A stretch of DNA of 64,000 bases from Amoeboaphelidium protococcarum X5 (lineage: Eukaryota; Fungi; Aphelidiomycota), in NCBI GenBank assembly GCA_023515725.1, contig JALDTO010000098.1, positions 1,514,164 to 1,578,163 on the forward strand, in the 5' to 3' direction. The position numbers and the translations under genes were made by a program. Position 1 is the first letter of the stretch. Every line of letters starts with the position of its first letter. Of this stretch, positions 45,183 through 60,024 are shown piece after piece. Under the pieces are notes generated by a model that was not told the origin of the DNA, made no database searches, and saw nothing but the letters and a program-made list of their open reading frames with translations.

Positions 45183-46907
45183 ATGAAGTATTTTCGTTTA
45201 GATGATCGTGACCATTGTCAAGATGGAGACTAACGTAATACTGATAAGAAAGGAACTAGTATGAACTACATGGCTCGGCTGTTGAAAGTTTTATATTGTA
45301 GAAAGACTATTGCTCTTGTTATTGGTGTATTATTATCGCAGATGGCATTTTAGATTTTATCAAACTTCATGGGTCAACTCACCGCTAACTACTATCCCAT
45401 ATTGCAATAGCGGTAGTATGACGCGTTCATTAGATTAAATTGGCAAGTTTTGCCATTCGTCGTTGGAATTGCCATCTCTCTAGGAGTTGGCAGTCTAGTG
45501 GCTCGAATATTGGCTTTGCATGCGAGATGGAAATTGACTCGGTATCTTCACACATTGCTTCTTGATGATAGCAGGAATGCATATCTCAATATATAATCGG
45601 ATTCAGTTATTGATACTGTGGATTAGCGAGTAACTTAGGACGTGGATCGACTAACTTATGTCTTATGTGTTGACATCTTGTCGAAATTGATACTATCACC
45701 TGCTTTGATTGTGTTCTACTCTGTAAAAGTTGCACAAAGCGCTGGTAATTCTGCATTGACTTCATTGGCAATCATTTACGCGTATTTTATTGTATCTGTG
45801 CTTGTTACACGGCTTGTCTCACGCCCACTGGTATATTTGACGTAGCAGAAGGAGTAGGCTGAAGGTGACTTTCGTCTGAAGCATGTCAGTGTATAAAACA
45901 GCTTGCTTGAAATTTGCTTATGGTTTGGTTAGTCTTTTGAAATTGATAGACTAAACACTTTGCTGTCTAATATTCTTTAAGCTTACAGAAAATTTTATTT
46001 CAAAGACTCGGTGGTCACTGTAATAACTTAGTTTGTATCTTGGTATGGATCCATAATTTGCTACATTATAGTTGCCATTTCTATCTTTCGTGGCGTCTAT
46101 GATGATCGTAGTGAGGTCGAGATTTCAAAGATTGTCGCTCTCACTGTATTCTATTGCATACAACTGATATCAGCTTTATCTAATCTGGTTGTGGCGATTG
46201 ATAAAGTTTATGAGTTTCTTGGCTATCTATTGCGTGTATTTGATTTGGTTATATCTTGCGATTCTATGAACTAATCGAATGGAGAGGCTGCCATGAATGA
46301 TGACTATGTCGATAATACTGTAAATTCAAATATTCTCATAGAGTGCTCAGAAGTGTCTTATAGTTTACCCAGCGGCACCACAGCTACCTTGCCAGACTTT
46401 AAATTGCTCCCTGGAGAGTGTATTGTATTATAAGGTGTTAATGGTTCTGGTAAATCAACCCTCGTCAAATGTCTATCAGGACTGCAATCTTTGTCATCCG
46501 GTCAAATGTCTATCTTCACAAAAGATATCGTGTATCTACCTCACAATTCTTACATACTGCCGTTCGCGTCTTTGACTAATTAACTAGCCTATCCCCACGA
46601 CAGCGTGAGTGATGTCAATGCAGATCTTTATAGCCTGTTGATGAAAGAGTTAGCATTAGATTAATTGTCAACTATTCCTGATCTGAGACAATTATCAGCT
46701 GGTGAAATGTAACGCGTCATATTCGCAAGAGCTCTTCTAAAGCAGCCACGTCTAATTATTACAGATGAGGCTACTAGTTCAATGGATAGTCATTGGGAGT
46801 TGCGATGCTTCCAATTGTGCAAAACTCTCAACGTATCTTGTCTCTGGATCAGTCATAACACTCGTCTCGTTCCCATTGATCGCGTAATATCTCTCGCTTG
46901 GCAGTGA
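45183..46907 (+). CDS. ABC transporter subfamily D half-transporter (ABCD4-like), 574 aa
   Basis: IDTVDQRVTQDV, EQAEGDFRLKH, Walker A GVNGSGKST, LSAGEMQR, DEATSSMD, WISH. Confidence 0.88.
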
Positions 46908-47085
46908 AGTAATTTTTAATCATTTGATGAAACCATAAGTAAATCCCTACTAATATAATTTATATTTACTCTTAGAGTTCTCAGACTTGAAAGTTTGATG
47001 ACTTGAAGTGTCACTCTCTCGTCTCTCTCGTTCTCTCGCTCTTTCCATTTCTTGACAAAATCAGCAGTTTCATAATCGCGCCGTG

Positions 47086-50000
47086 ATGGGTAAAACTAAC
47101 GCAGAGAGACGACTATAGGCACTAAACGGCAATCTTACTTTAGATAGACAACTAATTGGACAGGTTTAAATTAATGATAATGTTAACATTGATATTCACA
47201 GGCCGCAGTATTATCAGTTGGTACCTCATCTCCCAGATCTGCCACGGCTGATGCAAGCGTCTAAAACTATGCAAGTGTATGTTCAATGGCTGATGCAAAA
47301 GTATGCACTTGGACAAGATGCATTCCTAATTGGTCCACCTTCTAGAATAAAAAGATAAATCGCTCTTGCTTTTGCGCAGCTACTCCACAAAGAAGTTGAG
47401 TATCTCATCATCACGGGGGAGACAACTGAATCTGATCTCAAGTTACGTCGAGAGATTGTCGATGGTTCTGTAGTCTTTGTTGAATAGGCTCCTATAAAAG
47501 CCGCGCTTTATGGACGAATTTTGATTATTGAGGGGATTGAGCGTGCAGAACGTAACATATTGCCGATTCTTAATAATTTATTAGAAAATAGGGAACTTTA
47601 GTTGGATGATGGTAGATTTCTGATGAATCCCAATACTTTTGATAATTTGATTACGAAAGGGGGATAGACTGTTGAATAGCTGAATTCATAAAATTTGTTT
47701 AGGATCTCTGAGCAATTTATGGTCATTGCACTTGGACTTCCCGTGCCAAAGTATAAAGGTTTCATGTTAGATCCACCATTCAGAAGTCGCTTCTAATCGC
47801 GGTCATTATCTTTATCTGAATTTGATTCTGATTCTATGGCAAAAGCATCCCGTATTGGTGATTAGAATGTTAGTAATTTGGTTTAGATAGTGCTCAATTT
47901 TAAAAGCCTTATAAATGCCGCAGCTGAGACTTAGTCTGACATTCCAGATTGCGTTGCTGACTTTGACGCTGTGATAAAAGTTTGCACTCACTTGGATGTT
48001 AAGATGATTGACGCTATTTAATTGTTGTCTTGTATCTATCCTCAGCTGTATAAATTGCTTTAGAACAATGTCATTTAATAAATTCTGGTAGAGTGTGGGT
48101 TGAATACAGTATCATAAGAGCCACGATCTGAGTTGGGACTAGATTAATCTCAAGCTCTAAATGTCATATCGACAATGATCAGAGCTCGGTAGAACGTAGC
48201 TTTAATTGGAGAATCTGGGTGTGGTAAATCTTACTTAGTTTAGAAGCTGAGTATGCATCTAGGCAAAGGTAAATAGTAGATTATTGTCATTCCGGTACAC
48301 AGCGATGTCACTTACAAGGATCTGCTTTAAACTAGATCTACAGACTTTAAAGGGAACACAGTATGGAGGAATTCGTTATTAGTTGAAGCTGCATTGAATG
48401 GTCATTTAGTTGTTCTTGATGGTGTTCACCAGTTGCATCCTGATGTTCTTAATGCTCTCAGCTGGTTCATGTAAATGCGATCAGTAACTCTCCCTGATGG
48501 AACATTTATTATTGACTGCCATTAGGCTGATGGTGAGACGTTGAAAGCTGATAGAAATGTCATTTATGTTCATTCAGATTTCAGAATAATAGCTGTTGGT
48601 ACAACAGATGCAACCAAGTAGGCAAATGGGCCGGCCGTAGAGTGGATAACTCCTCAGTTGTAAAACTGCTTAATGTTTGTTCATTTGCGAAATCTCCCAC
48701 TAGAATAGAGTTGCAGTATAATTTAGTAGCGTGTGAATGGTGCAGATCCTCACCTTATTTAACAGTTGTTACAATTATCTCATCGACTTCGCACCTCTGA
48801 CGAAGTTTTACTCCAGTCTTTGAAAGGATTTCTGGATATTGTTCAACTTTGTAGACTGGTTTTGATGCATTACTTTTATGGAATTTCTCTATAGAATCTT
48901 ATCCGTGATGCTTGTCTTTATTCCATATTACCGCTTGATGTATAAAAAGTACTTGATCGTCTCATCTAAGATCATCTTGGTGTCGAATAAGTGAACTCCA
49001 CTTTGAGTATCAAGATTTTGAATAAAAATGGCGAGACTGTTGTTAAAGCTGGATAAAGGCAGTATACTGTGACCAATGAGAGAGACCGAGAGCTCATTCC
49101 TAATGTATTTTTCGTTGAGAATTAGTCTCAGATGTACATTTTAAACCGGATGTGTTTTTGCTATATTGAATCTCAACCGATCCTGCTTATTGGAAATCAA
49201 GGTGTTGGAAAGAACAAAATTGCTGACAAGTTTTGTTAAATGCTACAACTTCCTCGGCAGTACATGCAGTTGAATAGAGATTCTACATTTTAGTCGCTGG
49301 TCTCAGTTCCAACTTTTGATTCTGGTGCTATTAGATATGTCGATTCTCCTCTTGTTACTGCTGCAATAAGAGGCCACGTTGTTGTGATTGATGAAGCTGA
49401 TAAGGCATCGCCACAAGTTCTCGCTGCGTTAAAGTCTCTTATTAAGGATTAACTGTTACATTTAGGTGATGGTCGAGTACTGGTTGGATCTCAAGAACTG
49501 TCTGGTGGTGCACATTTCATATCTTTGCCGATTCATAAAGATTTCAGATTGATTGTGTTGGCCAATCGTGCTGGATTTCCATTCCAAGGTAATGATTTCT
49601 ACGCGTCAATGTCTGATTGCTTTTGCCCGTTTGTAGTTTAAAATCCAGACAGAGAATCAGAGTTGGATATGGTCAGAAAATATGCTCCAGATCTACCTGC
49701 TACTGTATTAGTTTAACTTTAAGCGCTGTTTACTGATTTACGTGAACTATCGGACAAAGGATAGCTCTCATATCCATATTCTACCCGAGAATTGGTTAAT
49801 GTGGCAAAGCATTTGCAAAATTTTCCGTCGTCATCTATTTCTATTGCTCTGCGGAATGTATTTGATTTTGATTCTTATGACAGTGATAGAGCTAATCTGA
49901 TATCTTCCATTTTAGCAAAGCACGGTCTGGCATCATTGCTCTCCTCAGCTAATTCCCTTCTGTCCGGCCGATTTGCTGTCTAAAGATCTATTCATCCTCC

Positions 50001-52167
50001 TTTATAGTTTAATGTAAAGACTGTCTATTCTATGAGATAAGTATCCGCTCCTAGAATTGAGACTTATCAGCTTAGTCTCGGATCATCTGTCAAGTTGGTT
50101 GCAGATCGTAGACTTGTTCCAATTGACTCTGTTTACTGCAATGGAACTGAGATCACTTAAGTATTCACTTTGCCGTTCAAGTCACTGAGCTGTAACGTGG
50201 ATCAGTTTGCTGATGGTAAGTTTCTGATGGTTGACTAGAATCCGTACTCTATTGTGATATTAGACTTGTAAAAGATGGAGGCTATTGAGTATGACATTCA
50301 CGATACGTTTCGCAACTCTGTCAAGTAGGAGCCTATGGATATCTAATTCTGTTCAGTGTGCACAATGTCTGATTAGCAGTCTTGGAAAGCTGTGTTATTA
50401 CATGAGTCAATGTCGAGGCTGTATTCATATGATTTTGACCGCAATGTTGTCAGTTTCTTCCCGTTGGATGAAGTTGCTGGCTCTGGTAAACTTTGTCTTA
50501 TAAAACTTGGCGGATCTCAAGTTGGCATTTATAGACAGTAGTGTCACCATTTGATTGTAATTGATTTTTAGCTGAATAAGAAGGTGTTAGTCACTTTCAG
50601 TGAGGCAGTATTGTCTATATAGAAGTTTGTTGGCGAGGGACTGATTCTAATCTCTACAGCGACGGGTTCTAGATTGATGCTGGGCATGTTGAAGTGGGCA
50701 ATGTATGAGATTCCTCGATTACCTGATCTCTAATGCTTTCCATTAAGTGATGGATTTGTTGCTCAAGCAGGCATTCGGGATGGTCTTAGTCCGCTTTCGA
50801 TTGTTTCTGTGGGTTCCAATGAATTAGCTTTAAATAGCTGTGATCAGATTGTAGATTATTAGACAGTTGTTTGCATTCAACAGGAAGTGACTATAATTTG
50901 CAACGATGAGCACATAGATATATTGTACCCTGATTCGTTGGTTAGACTCAAGTTATCCAAGAGCGATTCTCGTACGATATAATGTCTACCGTCTGGATTA
51001 CCTGGCGGATTTTTTCTATTCAAAGGCGATTGCATTTTGCAATCAAATACTCAAAGACAACGTCATCAGTTGCATGGAGCCTCCTCATCTCAAGAATCTG
51101 ATGGTAATCCTGAAATTATGCTCAACTTTAACGGAGTCCCTGGGATTGGTTTTGGTGATGGTGATGGCGACGGGCAAGGCGAAGGCCATGGAACTTCTGA
51201 GAGAAAGGATGCACAATTCAGTGCTGAACATCATCTTTTGACGCGGGAGACAAGTCCTTAGTTGTCTAAAGAGATATTGGAAGCTTAATAGCGAGTAAGA
51301 CAAGCAGCGTTGAAGAAACGCCTTTCAGCTATATCTACTAGCGAGATATAGGCTGAGGAATATGAACGACGGAAGTAAAAGATATTTGGATCTATCAGAG
51401 AGCTTAAGACTATCCTGGAGGCATCAGAGTTGAAAACTAAAGAGAAATAGTGGCAGAGTAATCAAGTATACGGCGATTTTGACGATAGGAAGATTGTAGA
51501 TTCTGTGGTTGGCGAGAGAAATATCTACAAACGGCGATTTGTCAAGGAAAATAATCCGTTTGCCACCAATCTTCTTCCAAAGAAATTGATAATCAGCTTT
51601 GATGTAAGCGCCAGTATGTCCAGGTACAATCCTCACGATGGACGTCTAGAAAGGACGTTGGAAGTGGCGCTGATGCTACTTGAATCTCTCTGCGGATTTG
51701 AGCATAAGTTCAAGTACGAAATATGCGGTCATTCTGGAGATGCTGCCTACATTCCATTTGTAAGGTCTTCATAGTATCCGAAAACGGATTCTGAGCGGTT
51801 AAAGATCATTGAATAGATGCACGCTCATTCAACTCACTGTATTGCGGGAGACAATACTCTGAATGCTCTAAAACTGGTCACGGATGCGGCGGCTTCCACT
51901 GATAGTCAAGAGGAGTTTGATGAGCGAATTGTTGTTCTCATCAGTGATGCTAATATTGAACAGTATGGAATTTCTGCTTCTGATCTACGACAGGAGATGG
52001 AAAATGTGCGGGAGAATGTGGTTAGTTCCTACCTCATATTTATTGGCTCTTTTCGAAATTTAGCTCAAAAGTTGTTGAAAGAGCTTCCGGTTGGACACTG
52101 CTATATTTGCGAGGACTCCTCGGACCTACCTGGCATTGTTAGAAGAATTCTATCTCAAAGATTATGA
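47086..52167 (+). CDS. VWA8: von Willebrand factor A domain-containing protein 8 (three AAA modules + vWA), ~1693 aa
   Basis: WLMQKYALGQDAFLIGPP, ERNILPILNNLLENRE, LLIGNQGVGKNKIADK, YPYSTRELVN, FDVSASMSRYNPHDGRLER, ISDANIEQYGI. Confidence 0.93.
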
Positions 52168-53546
52168 TTGTCTGGTGATTCGGATTTGAGCGCTAGCTTT
52201 GGAATCGCTCTTGTTTTGACTTGGCATTTTTACAGTCTCGTTGTAGATACCAATTGTTTATATAATAGATCCATTGAACATTGATAATGCGTATTGCTTT
52301 AAATCTGTTCTAGATGATTACCATTTTTCTACCACGTCAAAGGTGACAGTTCAAACTCAGCATATTCGCCTTTAACCGAACTAACTTTAGCGCGGCGCTT
52401 TTCCATTGCGATTTACAAACCGATGTTGCAAAGTAAAATGTTTAAGATACTGAGATCAGACTACATCTAATGGCAATGCTTGTTATAATATCATAGGGTC
52501 ACTGGTTGTCATTACTTCATAGAAGCATAATCTGGCATCGCTATATGACTTGACGCGTTCACTGCTGTGCTAAGAGCTACCACTCCTATGGACGCCAATG
52601 AAGAATTTGCCGCGTATTCTAACTGGCAAAGAAAGTTGGTAATCTGGAGACTATTTTTGAACTTGCCTGTTAATAGCCTGTAAACTGGTCACTTAACTGA
52701 ACCGAAGATGATCGAAGAGAGCGGAGTATATCTGACTCTAATGGGTTGCTATAGCAAAATCTCTAAGCAGTTTGGTCCATGTCTAGAGTCGAAGGATCTT
52801 CCTGACGATAATACTAGTTGCTTGCGATAATTACTTATGACTAATCGATTGGTGTTCCACGTGATTAAGTAGCTCAATGTGGTCAAAAGAGTCAAATATC
52901 AATAGCTATTAGAGAAGTTGAAGAAAACTGTACGGCATATCACAGTTTTGTCAATCAATTAAAAGATATGTCTATGCCGCTCCCTAAAATTTGCGCGCCG
53001 AATGCTTAGCGTAATTTTGAGAATCAATTGAAAGGGCTGTTCACGCTTCGCCCACGAATGTTTGCTGACTGGGAGTGCTTTGAAGCGGTTAAAACATACT
53101 CAGCTGACATTTTCACGTCTCACTAGAACCATGGCAAGCTATTTATGAAGAAAGTGTTAAAATACAACCGGTCGGAAAGTGGCAACGTTGATCTTTGTGA
53201 AAGAAATGATTAGAAACTGCCAATTCTCTGTGGATTTTGCTATTAAAGAGTTTGAAGGAACGGATGACTACCGAACTAGTGACTAGAAAGCTGGAACAAA
53301 TGAAGTGTAAACCGGACTACGTGCAGTACTTTAAGGGAAATGAATATAGGCAATTGAATAATACCAAACTCCAATAGAACCCAGTCATCATCCAGTGACG
53401 CGTTATGCATTGAAGTGTAAAAGTTTCCCGTTTCATTGTTCGGTCGGTGTCATACGAGTATCGGTCCGTTCCTCCCAGCGATTACATGTGGCTTTATATA
53501 CTGTCTCTCTTCCCACAAAATGTGATAAATACAGTAAGTATTCAAA

Positions 53547-53619
53547 GGTTCGTTAGATCAATTGGGAGATCGTTCGCTTCACACGCGAGAGGTAGTGAGA
53601 TCGAAACTCACACGAATCA
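53547..53619 (+). tRNA. tRNA-Val(CAC)
   Basis: 73-nt cloverleaf, anticodon CAC at 53580-53582, TTTTT terminator immediately downstream. Confidence 0.92.
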
Positions 53620-53906
53620 TTTTTCATCTTTTTGGCTCCTGATATAGAAAATATCAGACTTGAAATTGATAATTTGATATTTAACACAGAAGAATCGCAC
53701 AATCTATCACCAACGATGATATACGGTATAGAACATTTTAATTTACTCAATAGAGAATCTGCAATTTATTGTAGACGCGATCTAGATGATGTTCTTTCTC
53801 TCGTTGAGATCAGCAAAAGTTTTTCTTCAAGCTCTTTCGCCTCTTCATTACTTTGCACTTTTGGTAAAATATTTATCATTTTATAAGTACAGAGAACTAT
53901 TTAAAT

Positions 53907-54256
53907 ATGGGCGGAGGAAAATACGTTGGTAATTACTATTATTATCTAATGAGTTGAGTTGAGAGAATTTTTATCTGTAAAGTGCAATTCATAAGAGTGT
54001 AGGATGGTGGGGTAATCTCGGCGGCGAAGTGAAGGGTGTGGTGACGTATGCCATTGCTCCGAATAAGTAGCGTGCATATGCTGGTGCAGTTGATGGAATT
54101 AAATACATGTTGACTAAGCGTATCTGGGGTATTGGTTACGTTGCTGCCGGTCTTCTGCCCTGGTATTTGGCTTATCAATATACAGCTGATCGCTATGTTA
54201 TGAATCAGCGCAAGGATCCGAACGACACTTCTTATAATCGCAAGAGAGGATATTGA
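53907..54256 (+). CDS. QCR8: Cytochrome b-c1 complex subunit 8 (intron 53929-54002)
   Basis: MGGGKYVG|WWGNLGGEVKGVVTYAIAPNKQRAYAG; a GT...AG intron restores the fungal Y.GWWG motif. Confidence 0.9.
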
Positions 54257-54354
54257 TTGATTAGGATTAAAGGATTTGGGTTGGATGAAATTCGTTTTAA
54301 TAATAAATGAATTTTTACAAACACGAAATTTATAAGGATTAATTTTACAATATC

Positions 54355-55785
54355 TCACTTACTCAGCTTCTACTATGGGTATTCAGTATAGATCTTTGGA
54401 TGAGAATGATTGTGGCCGTCAAATTCTGTATTCGCTTAGTCTTTCAAGAACCGGTAAGTGTAATCGAACATGATCTTTTGTAACAGTGATCCTGGTAGAG
54501 GACCACTTATGCCTAGCAATTAACTTACTACGGGCGAGAAGAGATTGGCGTCAGTGAACTCGAGATGCTTAACACCTTCCAATCTCACCAGGGTAGATGG
54601 TTCTGGTGAGTTTTTAATCAAGGACACACAATCAGAGTCGTTGGTCTCACTCCAGAAGTTATCATTTACATAGAACCTTGGACCAGCTTACAACAATAAC
54701 AGCGGCACCTTGACACCACATTGCTTCGTCTCTTTACTCAACACCGTAATCCATCCATCAAATCCAACAACCTTCTTGATTCTCTGGTCTAGAACAGCAC
54801 TCTGAATGGCTGTACACGCACCAAATGACTATCCGACGGCGTAAATACGATTCATATCCACGCTGGCTGTGAACTGAGAAAAGTCCACAGATTCAGCCTT
54901 CTTCTGACCAGTGAGTAAATCCAATACAAAGAGCAAATCTCTGGCACGAATATCCAAGTGCTTCCCTCTAAACTCCCAAAAGTGATTTTCATCGCGCAGA
55001 ACGGGCGGCGACGCGTTAAACGGAAACGACTCTCCCGACGAGGGGAAATACGTGATGAGCGCATCAAAACTGTGCTGCACAGACGCGACAATATATCCGT
55101 GAGATGCCAGATGTTGGCACAGTATAGTATGTATCTCCATCGAGCTATTATACCCATGACTCAGGAGAACTAACGGATGTTTGCCGTCTGCAATCTTGAT
55201 ATCTTCGCTACTGTTCTACTAGATGGCACGCGTTTTAGATAGTACAAAGTGATTAAACATGAACGATGGTAGGCCCAAATCTTTAGTGAAATATTTACCG
55301 CGGTGCAGAATATCGGGAAGGTATTAAGAATAGGTACCTGTAGCAGACTCTACTGTGGGATAGAATACTCGAAACCACAGCTACCTTATACCAGATTTAT
55401 CTCCATATAAATCCCATCTCGGCCGCGATGGATCTTTCACGTCGAAACTGGCCACCGCAATCTTTTTATAAGGACCAAAGAGTGGAGGAGTGACGAATAC
55501 AGGGAGTAGGAGACATAGTATAAGAGAACCTATGGTAAGCGGCAAGTATACATATGCTGCAACACTAAATTCATACGCGATGAATATTAAAAGCACTGCA
55601 ATGACGGCACCATACAATTGATATCTGAACCCACTCACAGTCAATGTCAAGATCCACATGAAGCCCAGAGCTATAAGAAATGGCCAATATTCAACATTTA
55701 CACCACTAATTCTAACAGATGAATACGCAATTTAGAACAGTAATGTTAGCGTCTCAACATACAATTTCATGTTGTAGAACGTCAT
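54355..55785 (-). CDS. PAF-acetylhydrolase-like alpha/beta hydrolase with N-terminal TM segments
   Basis: LVLLSHG, LASHGYIVASVQH, nucleophile elbow GQSFG, GFDGW, HLEFTD. Confidence 0.85.
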
Positions 55786-55923
55786 TGTTAAACTTGTAAC
55801 GACGGCGATCGCTACAGTTACTAAAGAGACAGAGAGCGCGTCCAGTTCAGCAATTTCCGACGTTGCTCAATCAAAGAGAAAATTTGTGATTACGGCGGAT
55901 TTCGTTGACTTGGTAATCACAAA

Positions 55924-56589
55924 ATGATGCGGATATAGAATGTCATGCCATTTAGGCGATAGATATGGTACTCTATTAATTATTTGCGTTACATGAATAT
56001 CACCTCTAAATCGTATAATAGTTTTCAGAGACAGATATCTCTAGCAAGATCGGAGCAGGTGGTAAAGTAACGGATGCTAATCAAGAGAGCGTATACGATT
56101 AATAGTAGTTAGAACGACAGTAGTAGCCCTTTATCGAGATTTAAATAACTTGGAAAAAAGTATGGAGCGACTGGCTTTGTGCTATATTCTGCAATGTCCA
56201 CCACTACTCTATCACTAATATTTCTGGCTCTTTGGAATGGTGTTGATGTGGAAAAGTATATCCAGCAGGCAAAGATTCGATTTGGACTTCCTGTTTCTTC
56301 AGAATCTGATCAAGAGTAGTCACCTGGCGATGGTTCATAATCATCTTCTCAAGGTACATCTTTACCAATACGCGATTAGTATTAATATCAGGACAATGTA
56401 GATCTTGTTAATAATAGCGCTAATAAGAAGCTGAAAGGATTTAGTTGGTAGCGAGTGGGAGCGACTTTTGTGATGGCGTTTGCTCTTAATAAACTGTTGG
56501 TACCACTTAAAGCACCTCTGACTGTAATGTTCACGCCTGCAGTTGCGCGCTGGTGGCGACAATTTCGAATAAGAAGGAGAAATCAGTGA
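55924..56589 (+). CDS. DUF1279/FAM210-family mitochondrial membrane protein
   Basis: RFKQLGKKYG...LALWNGVDV and FVMAFALNKLLVPLKAPLTVMFTPAVARW; basic N-terminal presequence. Confidence 0.82.
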
Positions 56590-56668
56590 ATTATCTCGCC
56601 TTGAAATGAATACAGTTTACTGTACTTTAGAATACATTATATTCGCTGATTTTCAATTATCATTATAG

Positions 56669-59600
56669 TCACTCATAATCGTCCTCCTCCTCTTCCTCTT
56701 CTTATGCAATAAACTCTTCGCCGTAACTGTCATCTTCTTCCTCCTCGTCATCCTCTTATATTTAGCCAAGTTCTTGACTGTTGTTATCATTCAAATCATC
56801 GCCGCTCCCAACCTCATCCCAATACTTGCTGTAATCCACCGCTGAGCCATCTTGTCCCCCTTCACTGATATATCCACAATTCTCGGGCCGGAATCGTGCG
56901 TTCAGTGATGATATAATATATGCATACTCAAATGCCAAGTCTTCCAAGAACTAATACTGACCTGATGGCCCGGAATGGCCAGCATCTTAAATTTTGAATA
57001 ACAATACTCTGTCTGATACTTCCTATTCCTGTTACTCTTCTGCACCACCTTCCGCCTCGACAGACGACGACTAAGACTCCTCTTTCTGATCGGAGGTGTC
57101 TTCAGACGCAGATTTAGACGTCTTCTCCTTAGTTAATCGCCTAGTGTCATGACTCCAATTACCCAGAGCTCTCAACTTAGCGGTCCATTTCGCAGGCTCA
57201 AAGTATGCCACACGCGGATCATTCATTCCAGCAATGATCAGCATGTGCGGATAAATCTACCCAGGAATAACGTTACTGTACGGACAATAAGACTTCATTA
57301 TATTGTATATGCGCGGATCTTCAGGATTTCCCCACTCTTCAAACTCGAATGCTGTCCATGGAATGCTAGTGTCGAACATTGTATTGATCACATCGACAAA
57401 TGGAACTTCAGTCAACACAGCCTTGAACAGATCAGGACGCTTATTAACGACTGCTCCAATCAACAAACCACCAGCCGATCGACCATATATCGCCAATCGC
57501 TCTTTTGAAGTATATCCCTCCTTAATCAAGTACTCTGCACACGCGATGAAGTCATCAAAAGTATTAGTCTTCTTGGCCAGTTTACCCTCTTAATACCAGC
57601 CATTTCCTAAATCACTACCTCCTCTAACGTGAGCCACAGCATAGATAAAGCCTCGATCCAGGAGAGATAAACGAGTGTTGCTAAAGATGGGTTGCACACA
57701 ATAGCCGTAAGCTCCATACCCATGCAAAAGAAGAGGATTAGCCTAAGATGGTGCAATATTAATTCCAGACTAGTTATTGTTATAACTTCCTCTATGACTA
57801 TCGCCCGCAGAATCTAGACTCGACTGACCAACAATGGGAGTAGAGGGAGAACTGTAGCCTCCAACAGATGGAAATCCATTAGAATTCAACTTTATCAAAT
57901 CTTTGCGGTACACAATAGACATTGGAATCGCTGTACCATCATAACTTGTGGCCCACACTCTTTTCTGAACATAAAACTCCCGATCATATGCCGGTCCAAG
58001 AACACGTTCCTCATGCACGACAATTTTGGCCCTGGTGTCCATATTGTAATCAACCACTTGCCGAGGTTGGACAAAAGAGGTGTAAATAAATCTCAGGGTA
58101 TTAGTATCAAAAGGAATATTCTTTGACAAATTAGCAACCTCTTCATCAATAAATGTTGGAAATATTGAGTACACCAGACCATCAGGAAATGACACATAGT
58201 GGAACGTGTCAAATGTGGAACTGTTATGTTCTAAATTAACAACTCGGATGTTCTGCATACAGTTACTTCTCTCAAACACCACCAAATGTCTACAAAAGAC
58301 TTGGAATGCTTCAATCAGAACAAAATCTCTGTTATCAATAACACTCTCTCTATGTTTACTCACCCAGTCCAGAGACATACCATCGGGTCCAAACTGGGCA
58401 TCCAGCTCAGCAGTTGGAAGGATAGGTACACGATAGATCTGCATATTCTTACTCTTCTCATTGGACATGACATAAAAGTATCCTCTGGCATCCTAACTTC
58501 CTGTTTCAGCATCTAGAAAGTGATGATGCTCTACCTGATACTGAATCTTTTCACGCTTGGGAAACACAACACGTATAGGATATGCGGGATCAGTAAGGTC
58601 AATATAACGAGTCTCTGAGGTGACTTGAGCAGCAGTGTTCAAAAATAAAAACTTCCTACTACTACTCTTGGTCATTGTCAGGCAGAACATTTCATCAGAC
58701 TCTTCATGGAACAGACGATCCTCCGCGACAGGTGTGCCCAGTTTATGGAGACGTAGTTGATAAGCACGTTCATACTCATCAATTCTCACATAAAAACAGT
58801 CGCTGTTCTCACTACCAAATTCAAAATCTTCATAACAGTCAGGTACAACATCCTGCAGAACCTTTTGCTACCCCAAGTCTTTAAAGAATGTAGTGTATCG
58901 TTCGCTACCGGTTGTATCCACACCGTAAGCAATAATTCGACAATCTGAGGAGTGTCTGCAAAATCCCAGATGAAAGAAGGAACTATTCGCAGCCTCAGGC
59001 AGTGTATCTGCAAGATGATTTTCGTCCAGATACACTTCCTCAAATCCATTACGATCGAGGCGACAATGAAGTCGGTACTCCTCAGCGGGGACTTTGCGAG
59101 TAAAGTAGAGCCAGCCATCTGACAGCATCACTTTGGCGCTCTCCGCATTCTAGTCCAGACGAGATATAAACTCTTTATTTAGAACCCGTTGCAAAGTTTT
59201 TGTATGAGCCAGACAAGCATCTGCATACTAATTCTCAGCCTCCAAATACTTGGCCACCTCAGGATCATCTTTATCAGTGAGCCAAGCGTAATCATCATGA
59301 ATAGTCTCTTAATGAACATTTGTCCATTCATACGGTATCTTTTTACAATTAGGAGCTTCAATCTACGGCTGATCAGTGCCAAGATGCAGTTGGAATCGTC
59401 GTCTCATATCTTTGAGTAGAGGCTTCAGACATTGCACAGTGAACTTTAACTAATCGGGATAGAATGTGAGATACTTTTCAATCTAGTCATTAATAAGAGG
59501 AAGAATGTGTAGAAAACTCTCAGCAGAGTCCAAAAGAATAGGCTCCAACTATCTAATAGGTGGGAGAACGGTCATCTAAGAGTTGGCAGAGAATAGTCTA

Positions 59601-59689
59601 GGCTCTTCCAACTCCAAACTTTCATTATTATCATTTCCCTCCTTACTGATACCTAAACCTTCTAATTACTGCGCCAATTACTCTGGCAT
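56669..59689 (-). CDS. Oligopeptidase B / protease II (S9A), ~1006 aa with acidic tail
   Basis: DDYAWL...[48 protein letters not shown]. Confidence 0.93.
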
Positions 59690-60024
59690 TGCTTATCTAC
59701 CACAGCTAAATATTTAAAGTTGGTAAATTTACTTTAACTGAAGCCCGTCTTACCTTTGATAGACTGACTGACCGTTTGAAGGAAAAAGAAACTGTTGAAA
59801 CTGAATGGGCGAAACAACAACGATCAAATCGCATCCAAAGTTTACGCGAAACACCTAGAGAGATGAATGGTACAGGCTGTTGTTGTTGTCGTTCATACCT
59901 ATGTATTATATAGAAGCCTTGAGATTTGTAAGAATAATACGCGAAATAATCAATTAATGATCGATTAAAAGATCTAAAGTAAGTAAATCATCAAGACATT
60001 AAAAGACATCATGATCAATCGGTA

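Noticed and set aside
52164-52178. ATGA overlap at the VWA8 stop as a second coupled gene
   Set aside because: The downstream frame closes after four codons (ATG ATT GTC TGG TGA).
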